The notes below the pieces were generated by a model. That model worked only from the letters and a program-made list of their open reading frames with translations, ran no database searches and was not told the DNA's origin. A DNA stretch of 64,000 nt from a virus, in the IMG/VR virus record IMGVR_UViG_3300027659_000010, one strand, 5' to 3'. Within the stretch, counting starts at the first letter, position 1. Each line of letters starts with the position of its first letter. The position numbers and the translations under genes were made by a program. This document shows positions 9,293 to 19,418 of this stretch, one piece after another.

Positions 9293-10376
9293 CTTCAATA
9301 CGTTGTATCCCGTAAAAAAGATTTTTCAGGTAGCCTGGGAGTCTACCCTTAAATGTAATTTAGACTGTAGCTACTGCGGTGACGGACACGATAATTCACA
9401 AAAGCATCCTAGCCTAGAAGAAAGCCTTAAAACTGTGGATTTTATAATTGAATATCTCAATCTTCATATGTCTATAAAAAATAAAAACAATAAGTTTGCT
9501 AATTTAAATATACAAGGCGGAGAGAGTATATTCCATCCTAATATTTTAGAAATATTAGAATATGCGGATGCTAAAAAAAGCAAATATCAAGATTGGTATC
9601 TTAGTGTTTCCCTCATCACAAATGCTATTATAGGCATAAACCAGTGGAAAAAAATATCTAGATTAGTTGACTTTTTTACAGTAAGTTATCATCCCGAGAG
9701 TTTACCTAAACAACAAGAAATGTTTAGACAGAATATATTGCACCTTAAGCAGTCTAGCAAATCATTTCATGTAGCAGTATTAATGCATCCAAAGTATTGG
9801 GATAACTGTATCGAGATGATAGAATTTTGCAAACAGCATGGGATTAACGCACTGCCTAGACAAATAGATCATCCTTGGAGTGATTTTAGATTTAATTACG
9901 ATGAAGAACAAACACAGCTTCTAACAGGAGCAAAGAAGATATCAGTCGCTACTAAAGTTATTTCTTTTTTTAGAAACGGTATAAATCTATCTGCACAAGG
10001 TCGAGCCTGTTGTGGGGGCGAAAGCATGTGCACAGAGGAGGCCAACGATATTAGATATGTGAACGGAAATAATTTCAAAGGATGGCAATGTTCTGTAGAT
10101 AAATTTTTCTTATACATACGACAGACAACAGGTGAAATTTTTACCAACAAAGATTGCAGGATGAACTATGATAACAAAGTAGGGGTTATAGGATATTTAA
10201 AAACCAGTAATGAGCTACTCGATGCTGTAAAACATCAAATAGAAACAAATACATTGCCTACTATTACCTGTAAGAAATTTAGTTGTTGGTGTGGTCTATG
10301 TGCTCCTAAAGCTAGAACAACAGAATTATATAATGATATGATGGAAAGATATTCAAATGCTAACACAGGTAATTGA
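9285..10376 (+). CDS. radical SAM protein
   Basis: CNLDCSYC, GGE, GRACCGG, C-terminal CWCGLC. Confidence 0.9.
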   Translation: MPDFNTLYPVKKIFQVAWESTLKCNLDCSYCGDGHDNSQKHPSLEESLKTVDFIIEYLNLHMSIKNKNNKFANLNIQGGESIFHPNILEILEYADAKKSKYQDWYLSVSLITNAIIGINQWKKISRLVDFFTVSYHPESLPKQQEMFRQNILHLKQSSKSFHVAVLMHPKYWDNCIEMIEFCKQHGINALPRQIDHPWSDFRFNYDEEQTQLLTGAKKISVATKVISFFRNGINLSAQGRACCGGESMCTEEANDIRYVNGNNFKGWQCSVDKFFLYIRQTTGEIFTNKDCRMNYDNKVGVIGYLKTSNELLDAVKHQIETNTLPTITCKKFSCWCGLCAPKARTTELYNDMMERYSNANTGN

Positions 10377-11334
10377 AGGTCGCGATTCTAATGTTCTTAC
10401 CATAGAACTAATGCTAGGAAACTTATGTAACTACAAATGTTCATATTGCTTTCCTGGTAGCAACGAGGGCGATCACCTTTGGCCCGACACCGACACTCTT
10501 ATTAAGAATATTACCCATCTGTTTGAAACATACAAACAACATGGCAAGAATAAGTTTGAGTTGTACTTAGTAGGTGGTGAGCCAACCTTATGGAAAGACT
10601 TGTCTAAATTTTGCTGGTTTTTAAAAAATAACTATGACGTAGTCATTAGGTTATCTACTAACGGATACAAGAAAGCAGAATGGTGGAAATTAAATTCTCA
10701 ATTGTTTGATGCTGTCGAAATATCAGTTCATCACGAATATGCAAATCTCGATCACATTGTAAGTATATGCGATGCTTTATACTACGAGAAAACAAATCTA
10801 GTTGCCAATGTGTTAATGGATCCTGATTTTTTTGATAAGTGTATTTCTATTGTAGAATATATAAAGTCTAGTAAAAAAAGATGGCCTATAGTAGCTAAAT
10901 GGGTACACTTCGATGGTAGGTCTAAATACACAAAACAGCAAGCAGAGTATTTAGAAAAACCATTAAAGCGTTGGCCGAATTTGCTTTGGTGGTTTAAACT
11001 AAAATATCATGCCCGTTACAAAACATGGGTCATTGAAGATAATAAGAAAAAACTAGTTGCAGATAACTACTTGACTTTACAAGGCAAGAATTATTTTAAA
11101 GGTTGGAATTGTAATCTCGGAGTCGACCATTTACACATATCAATGTCAGGACTCATATCGGGCAACTGCGGACAACTGTTGTATGGTAAAACTTTTCATT
11201 ATAATTTATATCAGGATAGCTTTGCTATAAACTTTAATCCTACTATAAATTCTGTGACCTGTACAAAAGATATATGTAGTTGCGGTTTTGAAACAAATAT
11301 TAGTAAAGTTATACCGATAAAGGTAATTGACTAA
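10357..11334 (+). CDS. radical SAM protein
   Basis: CNYKCSYC, VGGEP. Confidence 0.9.
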   Translation: MLTQVIEGRDSNVLTIELMLGNLCNYKCSYCFPGSNEGDHLWPDTDTLIKNITHLFETYKQHGKNKFELYLVGGEPTLWKDLSKFCWFLKNNYDVVIRLSTNGYKKAEWWKLNSQLFDAVEISVHHEYANLDHIVSICDALYYEKTNLVANVLMDPDFFDKCISIVEYIKSSKKRWPIVAKWVHFDGRSKYTKQQAEYLEKPLKRWPNLLWWFKLKYHARYKTWVIEDNKKKLVADNYLTLQGKNYFKGWNCNLGVDHLHISMSGLISGNCGQLLYGKTFHYNLYQDSFAINFNPTINSVTCTKDICSCGFETNISKVIPIKVID

Positions 11335-12406
11335 CATCATTCCATAGCTGTCTAAAGTCATCAAGATCTTTTGCCTTAGGAACACACATACCACAACCGC
11401 ATCGTTGATTAGGGCATACAATAGGTGCTATTGTTGTTTGCGATAGCATGGCACTCACATTATCAAGTATTAACTGTGTGTTAGATAAATTTCCAATCGG
11501 GCCTCTTCCTGTATGCGTTGCCTGACAAGTTTGGTGATGAAATACATCTCCGCCGTATTGATCTATGTGCAAGAAATACCAATTAACAGTACAGTGCCAA
11601 TCTTTAAACCAATTATTAACTAGTTTAACTTCCTGCCATTCGCCATCGACCTTACCCTGCGTACATCGTCCGCCACAGCAGGCCCTGCCTACATTTGTAC
11701 CTTCTTTGGCCATACTTGCTTTACTTGTTTGTCCCATCCAACTATAGAACCAGTCTTGTTGTGCTTCTGTATATTCGTGACTTGTGCGTCTGTTAGTGCC
11801 GTCTGCATCAATAAACCAACCCTTGCGCACAATGTTACCGTCGCCAATAGGCACAGGATTTACCTTGATTCCTTTTTCTTTTAGCATAGCACATATTAAA
11901 GTTGCCTGTTCAAAGTGATCACAATGCAACATTACATTAACTTGCAAACTCATACCTGCGGTGTGCAATGCTAGAATATTTTCAATTGTACGTTTGTTGA
12001 GAGGATCTTCAGCATGCCAACTAACGGTAGCATGAGAAAAATTATCTAGTATCCGTTGAGTAAATTTAGGACCCCATGTGCCGTTGGTAGTGAGACTTAA
12101 TCTAAATTTCTTTGTTTCTTTAATATAATCAACCAACGGCCAAAAGTCGGGATTAATTGTAGGCTCACCGCCAGTGAAATCTATGTTACTTATGGTCTGA
12201 TCGACACGTTTACTATTATATAAATCTGCATATTGATCTACAAAATTAAATGTTTTTTTTAATTCTTCTAGTTCGGGTAGTTTGCTGTAATTGTCATGCC
12301 TCGTACTTTCACAGTAGGTACAATCTAAATTGCATCTTCTTATGATATCCCAAGTGACCATTAATGGTTCGGGTCGGCTGAGTTTAATCGCGGTGGTTTG
12401 GATCAT
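11309..12406 (-). CDS. radical SAM protein (paralog of 9285..10376)
   Basis: CNLDCTYC, TGGEP, GRACCGG, CGCGMC. Confidence 0.9.
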   Translation of the reverse strand: MIQTTAIKLSRPEPLMVTWDIIRRCNLDCTYCESTRHDNYSKLPELEELKKTFNFVDQYADLYNSKRVDQTISNIDFTGGEPTINPDFWPLVDYIKETKKFRLSLTTNGTWGPKFTQRILDNFSHATVSWHAEDPLNKRTIENILALHTAGMSLQVNVMLHCDHFEQATLICAMLKEKGIKVNPVPIGDGNIVRKGWFIDADGTNRRTSHEYTEAQQDWFYSWMGQTSKASMAKEGTNVGRACCGGRCTQGKVDGEWQEVKLVNNWFKDWHCTVNWYFLHIDQYGGDVFHHQTCQATHTGRGPIGNLSNTQLILDNVSAMLSQTTIAPIVCPNQRCGCGMCVPKAKDLDDFRQLWNDVSQLPLSV

Positions 12407-13313
12407 ATTTTGTTAATGGTATATCTGATGCACACGTGCAGAAATTGCGATCACAGGTCACTGGAGTAGTGGGAGCAATAAAGGTACCGGTATAGATGTT
12501 GCCGATGCTGCCTCCGACTCGACAGGTAGCACGATGAACTTCGCCGTCCCAGTTAATCATTAGACTTTCAAGGCCGGCGTTGCAAGACCATCCGTTGAAT
12601 TGATTTAGGTTATTTTTAATAATATCGTTGGCATGGATAATCTTTTCTTCATCGATTCTACAATTAGGCTTTGCAGTAGCATCGTGTTCTAAGATCCATT
12701 CTAGATCTGTTCCGTCATATTTAAGGTCATCAAAGACATTGTGGTCACCCTCGGTCCATCGAATTCTGCGGATAGCATATTTGATACCAATTTCATCAAA
12801 CTTTTTAACAACCAGTTTTACGTGATGAACATATTTGTGATGAGCCATGATATTAACAAAGAAATCTCGTTCTGTGTTGTCGTAGAATTTTAAAATAGTA
12901 TCAAACACTCTAGTCCAATCTTGCTCAAAGTGTAGACTAAAAACAATATGATTGAAAAATGTCTCGTGATCCAAATACCATCGATGACCTCTGGTTCCGT
13001 TGGTAGTTAAGTTGACCCAGAATATATCTTTGCGTTTAAAATACTCGAGAAGGGCTTCAATATCAGGATGAACACAAGGTTCACCTCCTGTTAGACTGAT
13101 GCGCAAAGGCTTACCTAGCCCACATAGTTTATCTACAGCGGCTTCTAGAATATTGATATCTGTATGAGGACTGAAATTGTCGTGTATGACAGATGGGCAA
13201 TAACTACAATCATAGTTACAACGCTTACCAAGATTCCATTCTACTTTGAGCTGATCTTGATGCGGCCAACAACTGGTTATTTTATACATACGGTTTAAAT
13301 TCCGGTACAACAT
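12384..13313 (-). CDS. radical SAM protein
   Basis: CNYDCSYC, TGGEP. Confidence 0.9.
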   Translation of the reverse strand: MLYRNLNRMYKITSCWPHQDQLKVEWNLGKRCNYDCSYCPSVIHDNFSPHTDINILEAAVDKLCGLGKPLRISLTGGEPCVHPDIEALLEYFKRKDIFWVNLTTNGTRGHRWYLDHETFFNHIVFSLHFEQDWTRVFDTILKFYDNTERDFFVNIMAHHKYVHHVKLVVKKFDEIGIKYAIRRIRWTEGDHNVFDDLKYDGTDLEWILEHDATAKPNCRIDEEKIIHANDIIKNNLNQFNGWSCNAGLESLMINWDGEVHRATCRVGGSIGNIYTGTFIAPTTPVTCDRNFCTCASDIPLTKYDPNHRD

Positions 13314-14598
13314 TTAACAAATTCTGACCACGAGTAGAGTCTAAAGCAAAATTAAAATCTAAAAAGTCTTGCCACAAATTATTTTGATCATTAGCTTGTA
13401 GATAATTAATGTTATCTTGTATTTGTTGGTGTGTAACTTTACCTAACAGCGGATTGTTTTTAATTGCATCCCAGTCGTCTATTTGTGATTTAACAGATAA
13501 TAACTTTGTGATTGCTAACACTTTTAAATCGTTAGGCAATACTTGTGCTGACAAGCAGTTAGGATAGCTAACACGATGACTGTAGAATACAATATCCATC
13601 TTGTTGATAAAATAATCAATACACTCTGCGGCTTGTAATATGTTACCTGCTTGCGCTGTAAATGCTCCAACGACTCTACTAACGTTGGGTATCTTTTTTA
13701 TTTCTTTAATATTTTCTTCAACTTGATTAAAGTCACCGTTACCACGTATGTAATTGTAAACATCGTGAATGCCGTCAATGCTGACATTAACGGCAACGCT
13801 TCTAAAATGAGGCCAGTAGTCATATATAGTTCTTCCTTTGCTGATTCCTAAGGTCGTGCCGTTAGTGGCATATTTGATTTCAATGTTCTTGCCATAAGGC
13901 TTGAGCATATCAAGTATTCGATAATGCTGCGGATCCATTAAGGGCTCACCACCAGCAAACTCCACACGTTTAAAATGAGGAATTAACTTTTCAAAACTTG
14001 CCCACCAGTTGTCTGTGTCATCAAACGGACCTATGTATTGGCCGGGTTTCTTGACCAGTCGTTCTACAGTTGATACAAGATAGTTGTTTTCTTTTTTATA
14101 AAAAGGAACAACCTTGTCCCAGTCTTGCCAACTAGTGCTGTCAAGCGGATTGCACATACGACATTTTAAATTACAAAGATTATTAAGTTTGATTTCCATT
14201 GTAGGAATTTCAAATGGCATTGTGAAATCGTGTCGCATATTACTAACAGCATTAGGATATAATGTAATACGTGATTCTGGAATAACTCCTGCAATGTGTC
14301 GCTGTCGTAAACTTTCAACACCCTGATCTTCTAAACTAAAACAAGGAGCACATTCTTTAGGGCGTTCTCCGATCAACACCTGTCTACGTATGCGAGTCAT
14401 TGTTTCACTGTTCCAATGATACTCTAATGGAGCATCTTGTATGAAACCAATGGGGTGGCTGCGACAACAAACTTTAACAGCGCCATCTTCTCTGGTAGCT
14501 AGACCTGTAAAAGGATGCATACAAAATGTTTTACTTTGACTTTTCAACTGCCCACTCCCTTTCTTTGCACCAGAAACAGTTACCACAGGTTGGTACAT
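13282..14598 (-). CDS. radical SAM protein with N-terminal twitch/SPASM-like domain (start uncertain)
   Basis: FCMHPF...VCC...CAPC, CNLKCRMC, AGGEP. Confidence 0.9.
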   Translation of the reverse strand: MYQPVVTVSGAKKGSGQLKSQSKTFCMHPFTGLATREDGAVKVCCRSHPIGFIQDAPLEYHWNSETMTRIRRQVLIGERPKECAPCFSLEDQGVESLRQRHIAGVIPESRITLYPNAVSNMRHDFTMPFEIPTMEIKLNNLCNLKCRMCNPLDSTSWQDWDKVVPFYKKENNYLVSTVERLVKKPGQYIGPFDDTDNWWASFEKLIPHFKRVEFAGGEPLMDPQHYRILDMLKPYGKNIEIKYATNGTTLGISKGRTIYDYWPHFRSVAVNVSIDGIHDVYNYIRGNGDFNQVEENIKEIKKIPNVSRVVGAFTAQAGNILQAAECIDYFINKMDIVFYSHRVSYPNCLSAQVLPNDLKVLAITKLLSVKSQIDDWDAIKNNPLLGKVTHQQIQDNINYLQANDQNNLWQDFLDFNFALDSTRGQNLLNVVPEFKPYV

Positions 14599-15211
14599 AC
14601 TGTCCTGGAATATAATTTTTATAGGTTATATTTTCAAACTCACCTTCACAGCTTCTTGTTAGTTCTAATAGATCTTCTATTTGATTTTCGTAGTATTGTT
14701 CAACGATCCAATCTTTTCTAGTATGAACAAATGGGTGACATATACTTATACCCTCATGAACAAAGTAAGGAGGGATGTGCCCTTCGTCTCTATCACTCAA
14801 TGCACCTTCAATCTCGATGTCTGGATTTTTATTGATACCGCCATATAACGCATCGAGTTGATACTTATGTGCGATATATTCATTATGCGATCTTAGTATT
14901 ATCTGATTCCCACTTTTTAATTTACCATACTCATCAACGATGGTAGGACCTTTATCTCCCCATTCTAATTCTGAAGGAATTAGATTTTGATGAACATAAA
15001 ACTTGTTATCGAAATGCTGTTTAAACCAATCCATCACTCTGTTGGCAACATGTTCTTGCCAAGGTCTTGTTTTCCATAATCGTATTTGATTGGTAAAATG
15101 TATTTCAGCGTTAGTATTTGAACAGATCAAATAGGATAGTAATGCACTATCAACACCACCACTTATACTAATTCCAATTTTTTTCCAATTAGGATCTAGA
15201 TATAGTTTCAT
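14531..15211 (-). CDS. QueC-like PP-loop ATPase (7-cyano-7-deazaguanine synthase-like)
   Basis: SGGVDS PP-loop and TRSC...CGNCFWC Zn motif; start moved to MKLYLD (15211), downstream of a TAAATA motif. Confidence 0.7.
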   Translation of the reverse strand: MKLYLDPNWKKIGISISGGVDSALLSYLICSNTNAEIHFTNQIRLWKTRPWQEHVANRVMDWFKQHFDNKFYVHQNLIPSELEWGDKGPTIVDEYGKLKSGNQIILRSHNEYIAHKYQLDALYGGINKNPDIEIEGALSDRDEGHIPPYFVHEGISICHPFVHTRKDWIVEQYYENQIEDLLELTRSCEGEFENITYKNYIPGQYVPTCGNCFWCKEREWAVEKSK

Positions 15212-15251
15212 AAAAGTATTTACATCATTATAGTAGCACATAAATATTTCC

Positions 15252-15932
15252 ATGTATAAAAAAATGATCACCAAACAAATATTTACATGCCCAGAAGGGC
15301 TAATTGAACAAGCACTCAAAGAGCATCCAATTACAGAAAGTATTGTTCTTAATGAGCCAACTGGTGACTTTTTCTACGACAAGTGGGTGATCAAAGAATT
15401 TTACAAAGGTACAATTTGGCAACAAGTTTTAGACACAATGCCTATGTCTGTTGGCCAAGCACGGATTATTAAACTAGAGCCGGGAGAAAGTTACATGGCT
15501 CATGCTGATATAGACAATCGCTGGCATTTAAATTTAACAGGTGAACAATCATATCTAATTGATTTAGATAATAAAGTTATGTACGAATGCGTAAGAGATG
15601 ATCACTGGGCGTACATGGATGCTAGTCATATACATGCTGCAACAAATTACGGATCCATTCCACGCTTGCAATTAGTAGTCCGAGAACTTTTATTCCGCAG
15701 TCGTCAACCTGTGGACTTAGTTAGCGTTGTTATGGAACCAGCGCATCCTCAGCATGATTTTAGATACAAGTTTGATAAAATCTTTAGCCCATTTCTAAAC
15801 CGTGCTAATCAAAAATACAAGTTAGCAGACTTTGCATACAACACATCTAATCTGTCGTTTAAATTAGAGCGTGAACTGCTAGAAGATTTTAAACAGCTTG
15901 CAACAGAAGATTTTAAAATCACACATGATTGA
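15252..15932 (+). CDS. Asp/Asn beta-hydroxylase-like 2OG-Fe(II) oxygenase
   Basis: HAD...HAATN...R pattern. Confidence 0.65.
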   Translation: MYKKMITKQIFTCPEGLIEQALKEHPITESIVLNEPTGDFFYDKWVIKEFYKGTIWQQVLDTMPMSVGQARIIKLEPGESYMAHADIDNRWHLNLTGEQSYLIDLDNKVMYECVRDDHWAYMDASHIHAATNYGSIPRLQLVVRELLFRSRQPVDLVSVVMEPAHPQHDFRYKFDKIFSPFLNRANQKYKLADFAYNTSNLSFKLERELLEDFKQLATEDFKITHD

Positions 15933-16605
15933 CACAAGTAATTGGAAACCATTTTTTAAATACGGCGATGATGGTAGTCTGTGTTTAGCCCAACAAACTT
16001 ATGAGCCGTTAATTAGTCCGGATCGTACAATGTTCTGTGCCAATTACAATTGGCAAAACAAATACCAACGCACATATGAAGACAGAGAATTGTACACTGC
16101 TGAAGTATGTGACTGGTTCTTTGAAAACGAATTATATCATTTAACAAAGTTTAAAGGTAAGTCTTATGTACCCAACATTGTTGATATTGACTATACAAAT
16201 AAAAAGGTATTTTTTGAGTGGAACGGATATACGTTTAATGAAATGTTACACCGTGGCGAAGCTGTAGAGTGGGAGGATCAATTAAAATATATAATGCTAG
16301 ACTTACATAAAGGAGGTACATATAAACTTACTATGTATCCGCATTGTCATTTTTTAGATACCAACGGAGTTATGAAGACTATTGATTGGTATGGATGTGT
16401 TGCTGTACGTCATCCGTTCATACATACCAAATACATGAATGCCATAGTTCATGAAACTGCTAGATTTAGATTAGAGGAAACAGGCGACCCTGTTAATAAT
16501 CTTTTAAATTTAGAAACTATGTTCAAACGTAGTTTAAGTACACACGTACTATGGCGTGATAAAAATATGTATTACATTTACAAGGAAATATTTACTAATG
16601 AGTGA
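15898..16605 (+). CDS. hypothetical protein, possible degenerate kinase-like fold (paralog of 21525..22220)
   Basis: Shared W..E..YL...VP.I..ID..NKK and YK....P...F pattern. Confidence 0.5.
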   Translation: MQQKILKSHMIDTSNWKPFFKYGDDGSLCLAQQTYEPLISPDRTMFCANYNWQNKYQRTYEDRELYTAEVCDWFFENELYHLTKFKGKSYVPNIVDIDYTNKKVFFEWNGYTFNEMLHRGEAVEWEDQLKYIMLDLHKGGTYKLTMYPHCHFLDTNGVMKTIDWYGCVAVRHPFIHTKYMNAIVHETARFRLEETGDPVNNLLNLETMFKRSLSTHVLWRDKNMYYIYKEIFTNE

Positions 16606-16709
16606 TAAAAAAATGAACATTGGGTTAATTGCACCGTGTTATATATGCGGCAAACGTGAAAACGTTTCTGGGTTCAAATCCTCCACCTTCCGACAATAAA
16701 GGATATAGG

Positions 16710-17288
16710 ATGGCAAAATTAGTTGGAAGCACCGAAGGTAAAATTGACTGGGACTCTATAGTTCAAATATGCAAAGATTCTACTGACGGAGACTTTAATT
16801 CTGTAGGTACAGTCGTTGACCGTTCAGAATCTAGCTGGACTGAAAATCCTGAGTTATTAGGATCATACCGAGATGTTATTAAAATATGGCAAGATGCAAA
16901 ATATAATCTGTCATTAATAGAATGGTACGATTATTATCCCGGAAAACATTTTGATATTGAAGTTCAGAATAAGTTTTCAGATTTAGTTAATGCTGATCCA
17001 CGCCGCGTGTTTGTTAGTGAACTATGGCCCGGTAGATGCGTTCCTAAACACTGGGATGTTGAAGACCAAGAAAAAGAGTGGTTAGCCGAAGGTGAATTAA
17101 AACGCTGGGTTGTGTTTATAGATAAACCCCAATTTGGCCATGTATTCTTATTTGACAATCAAGATGCATTTTATTATATACCACAACATCAAGTATGGGA
17201 GTGGGATCATTATAGAAACTGGCATGCTGGTACAAACTGCGGATCAGAACCGTATTACTTGTTTCATTTTTTAGGAAAGCCAAGATGA
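16710..17288 (+). CDS. 2OG-Fe(II)/cupin-type oxygenase-like protein
   Basis: HWD...WHAGTNCG; start reassigned to MAKLVG behind AAGGA. Confidence 0.65.
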   Translation: MAKLVGSTEGKIDWDSIVQICKDSTDGDFNSVGTVVDRSESSWTENPELLGSYRDVIKIWQDAKYNLSLIEWYDYYPGKHFDIEVQNKFSDLVNADPRRVFVSELWPGRCVPKHWDVEDQEKEWLAEGELKRWVVFIDKPQFGHVFLFDNQDAFYYIPQHQVWEWDHYRNWHAGTNCGSEPYYLFHFLGKPR

Positions 17289-17830
17289 TTGAATACATCA
17301 GTAATTGTTCGGCACTAATTGATTGGGATGAAATTATTGAACAATGTGCAAACACGCAACCTGAATATATTGGTCCTAAACATAAGAAAGGTGATACGAT
17401 TCCGGGATTAGATGAAGTGGTAAATCTATGGGAGCATGCAGGATATAAGAATGTAACTGATGGTGGAACTGTAAGTTGGGGAATGTATATGCCAGGTAAG
17501 CAGTTTGACGAACGCAGTGTTCAAACATTCTGTGACATATTTGGAATTAATAACTACCATACTGCCTGGATAAGCAAGATTGATGTAGGATGTTTTGCTC
17601 CTATACACTGGGACGTTAATGACCACGAAGAAGAACTTGCAAAGTTATCACCTAAGGTTAGATATCACTGCCATATAGGAAAGCCAAAGTTTGGACATGT
17701 CTTTATAGTAGAGAACCAATGCTTTTATAATAAAGCACAGGGTGATACATTTAGATGGCAAGACAGACGATACTGGCATGCTGGTTCTAACTGCGGATTA
17801 GAACCTAAATATATTTTTAACTTATGGTAA
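17285..17830 (+). CDS. 2OG-Fe(II)/cupin-type oxygenase-like protein (tandem paralog)
   Basis: HWD...WHAGSNCG. Confidence 0.65.
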   Translation: MIEYISNCSALIDWDEIIEQCANTQPEYIGPKHKKGDTIPGLDEVVNLWEHAGYKNVTDGGTVSWGMYMPGKQFDERSVQTFCDIFGINNYHTAWISKIDVGCFAPIHWDVNDHEEELAKLSPKVRYHCHIGKPKFGHVFIVENQCFYNKAQGDTFRWQDRRYWHAGSNCGLEPKYIFNLW

Positions 17831-18291
17831 CTATGAAAGTTTGTATTACAGGAACAACACGCGGCATTGGTAACGTATTATCTAAACACTTTAAAAAATC
17901 AGGGTGGAAGGTTGTAGAGCTCAATCGCGGAGATGAAATTATTAAGTCGGGTGTGGGTTGTGATTTGTTTATTAACAACGCTTACATTAATGGACACCAG
18001 ATAGATATCTTCAACCAACTGTACGCTAGCGTTGCTAAGATGGTTGTAATGGGTAGCATTGCTTCCGATTATCCAGATCCTAATATGCTAGATTATAGTA
18101 AACACAAGAAAGAATTAAAAGAACGTGTGCTAGAAGTCGCCAATAGCTCTGTGAACAAAGCAGATATCTTGCTATTACAACTAACAGGCGACAGTTACAA
18201 CGACTACGATCTCATCATCCGCACTATAGATTTTTGGTTAGAGTATCCTAAGATAACATGTGTATCATTTATACCAGGGAAGCCAAACTAA
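17824..18291 (+). CDS. short SDR-family oxidoreductase
   Basis: TGTTRGIG, NNA, YSKHK. Confidence 0.75.
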   Translation: MVTMKVCITGTTRGIGNVLSKHFKKSGWKVVELNRGDEIIKSGVGCDLFINNAYINGHQIDIFNQLYASVAKMVVMGSIASDYPDPNMLDYSKHKKELKERVLEVANSSVNKADILLLQLTGDSYNDYDLIIRTIDFWLEYPKITCVSFIPGKPN

Positions 18292-18890
18292 TGGAAAAGA
18301 AAATTATTATCACGGGTCATACTAATGGCATTGGCAAATCTATATACAATACTTTTAAAGAAGGTAGTTGTAGAGAAATTCTAGGTATGAGTCGTAGCAA
18401 CGGATACGATATAGATAAAGACTTTGACAAAATTGTAGAAGAAGCCACCGGAGCTGAAATCTTTATCAATAATGCGTATAGAGATGGACAGCAATTAAAA
18501 TTATTACAGGCTCTTAAAAATAAGGTTGATATGATGGTAGTAATGGGTAGCGTTAGTAGATTCTATCCTGAAATTATCCCAACACAATATGTTTATGATA
18601 AGCAAGCCTTGGCCGAAGCATGTAGAAAAATTAGTCTTGATCCAACTGGCATACCGTTGTTACATTTAGATTTGAGTTTTATTGAAGGAACAACCGTTGA
18701 TGAAGATATCCCCACTGCTTTTGTAAGTGACAATACTGTAAGTCATAAAGATATTATTGATACTATTATTTTCTGGATACAACATCCTGTAGTACGACAA
18801 GTGGAGTTCAGATGGCAGCTTACTCCTTATTTAAAAGAACAACTATATAAATGTAATCCTAATTTAGATCCAGCGAGGATAACGGTTTAA
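18258..18890 (+). CDS. SDR-family oxidoreductase
   Basis: TGHTNGIG, NNA, YVYDK. Confidence 0.75.
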   Translation: MCIIYTREAKLMEKKIIITGHTNGIGKSIYNTFKEGSCREILGMSRSNGYDIDKDFDKIVEEATGAEIFINNAYRDGQQLKLLQALKNKVDMMVVMGSVSRFYPEIIPTQYVYDKQALAEACRKISLDPTGIPLLHLDLSFIEGTTVDEDIPTAFVSDNTVSHKDIIDTIIFWIQHPVVRQVEFRWQLTPYLKEQLYKCNPNLDPARITV

Positions 18891-19418
18891 GTTTTCATAA
18901 AACAAATCTACATTAATTTTCCATACAGTTTGATCTGTACCTCTGTAGAATATGTCTTTCACTTTTTTGACCACACCTATTTTTTCTAGCGTTGGAAAAT
19001 AAGTTCTGTGCACAAATCTTTGACTAGCAATCTTACTTTCGTTTGATGTAGCATATACATTATTACCGGCCCACTCAATGCATTGAGGTAATAGGAATTG
19101 ATCTGTTAAATTTTGATGTTGGCCTATAGCAACATTAGCAGTCATCATTCCACCACCATTTCTTGCTCCACGCAATATACAACAACGAGTTAAAACCCTA
19201 TAACTGTTCTGGCCCATAACATCATCAAACGAATGTGCGGCAACACTTCCAATAGCAATATCGTCTTGATACAGAATCCATGCATTCCACTTATGTTCGT
19301 TATGAAAGCATTCTATCATTGTTTTTTGACTACTGTTATTGTAAAAACCTTTCTCTGTTGCTTCTTTATAAAAACTAGAAAGGTCTAACTTATCATTCCA
19401 TTCTACTAATTTGTACAT
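18864..19418 (-). CDS. possible GNAT-fold acyltransferase
   Basis: 184 aa; beta-strand pattern AWILY...IGSVAAH; weak evidence. Confidence 0.4.
   Translation of the reverse strand: MYKLVEWNDKLDLSSFYKEATEKGFYNNSSQKTMIECFHNEHKWNAWILYQDDIAIGSVAAHSFDDVMGQNSYRVLTRCCILRGARNGGGMMTANVAIGQHQNLTDQFLLPQCIEWAGNNVYATSNESKIASQRFVHRTYFPTLEKIGVVKKVKDIFYRGTDQTVWKINVDLFYENLNRYPRWI

Noticed and set aside
16669-16685. T-loop-like GGGTTCAAATCCT in the enzyme island
   Set aside because: No acceptor stem, D arm or CCA around it.
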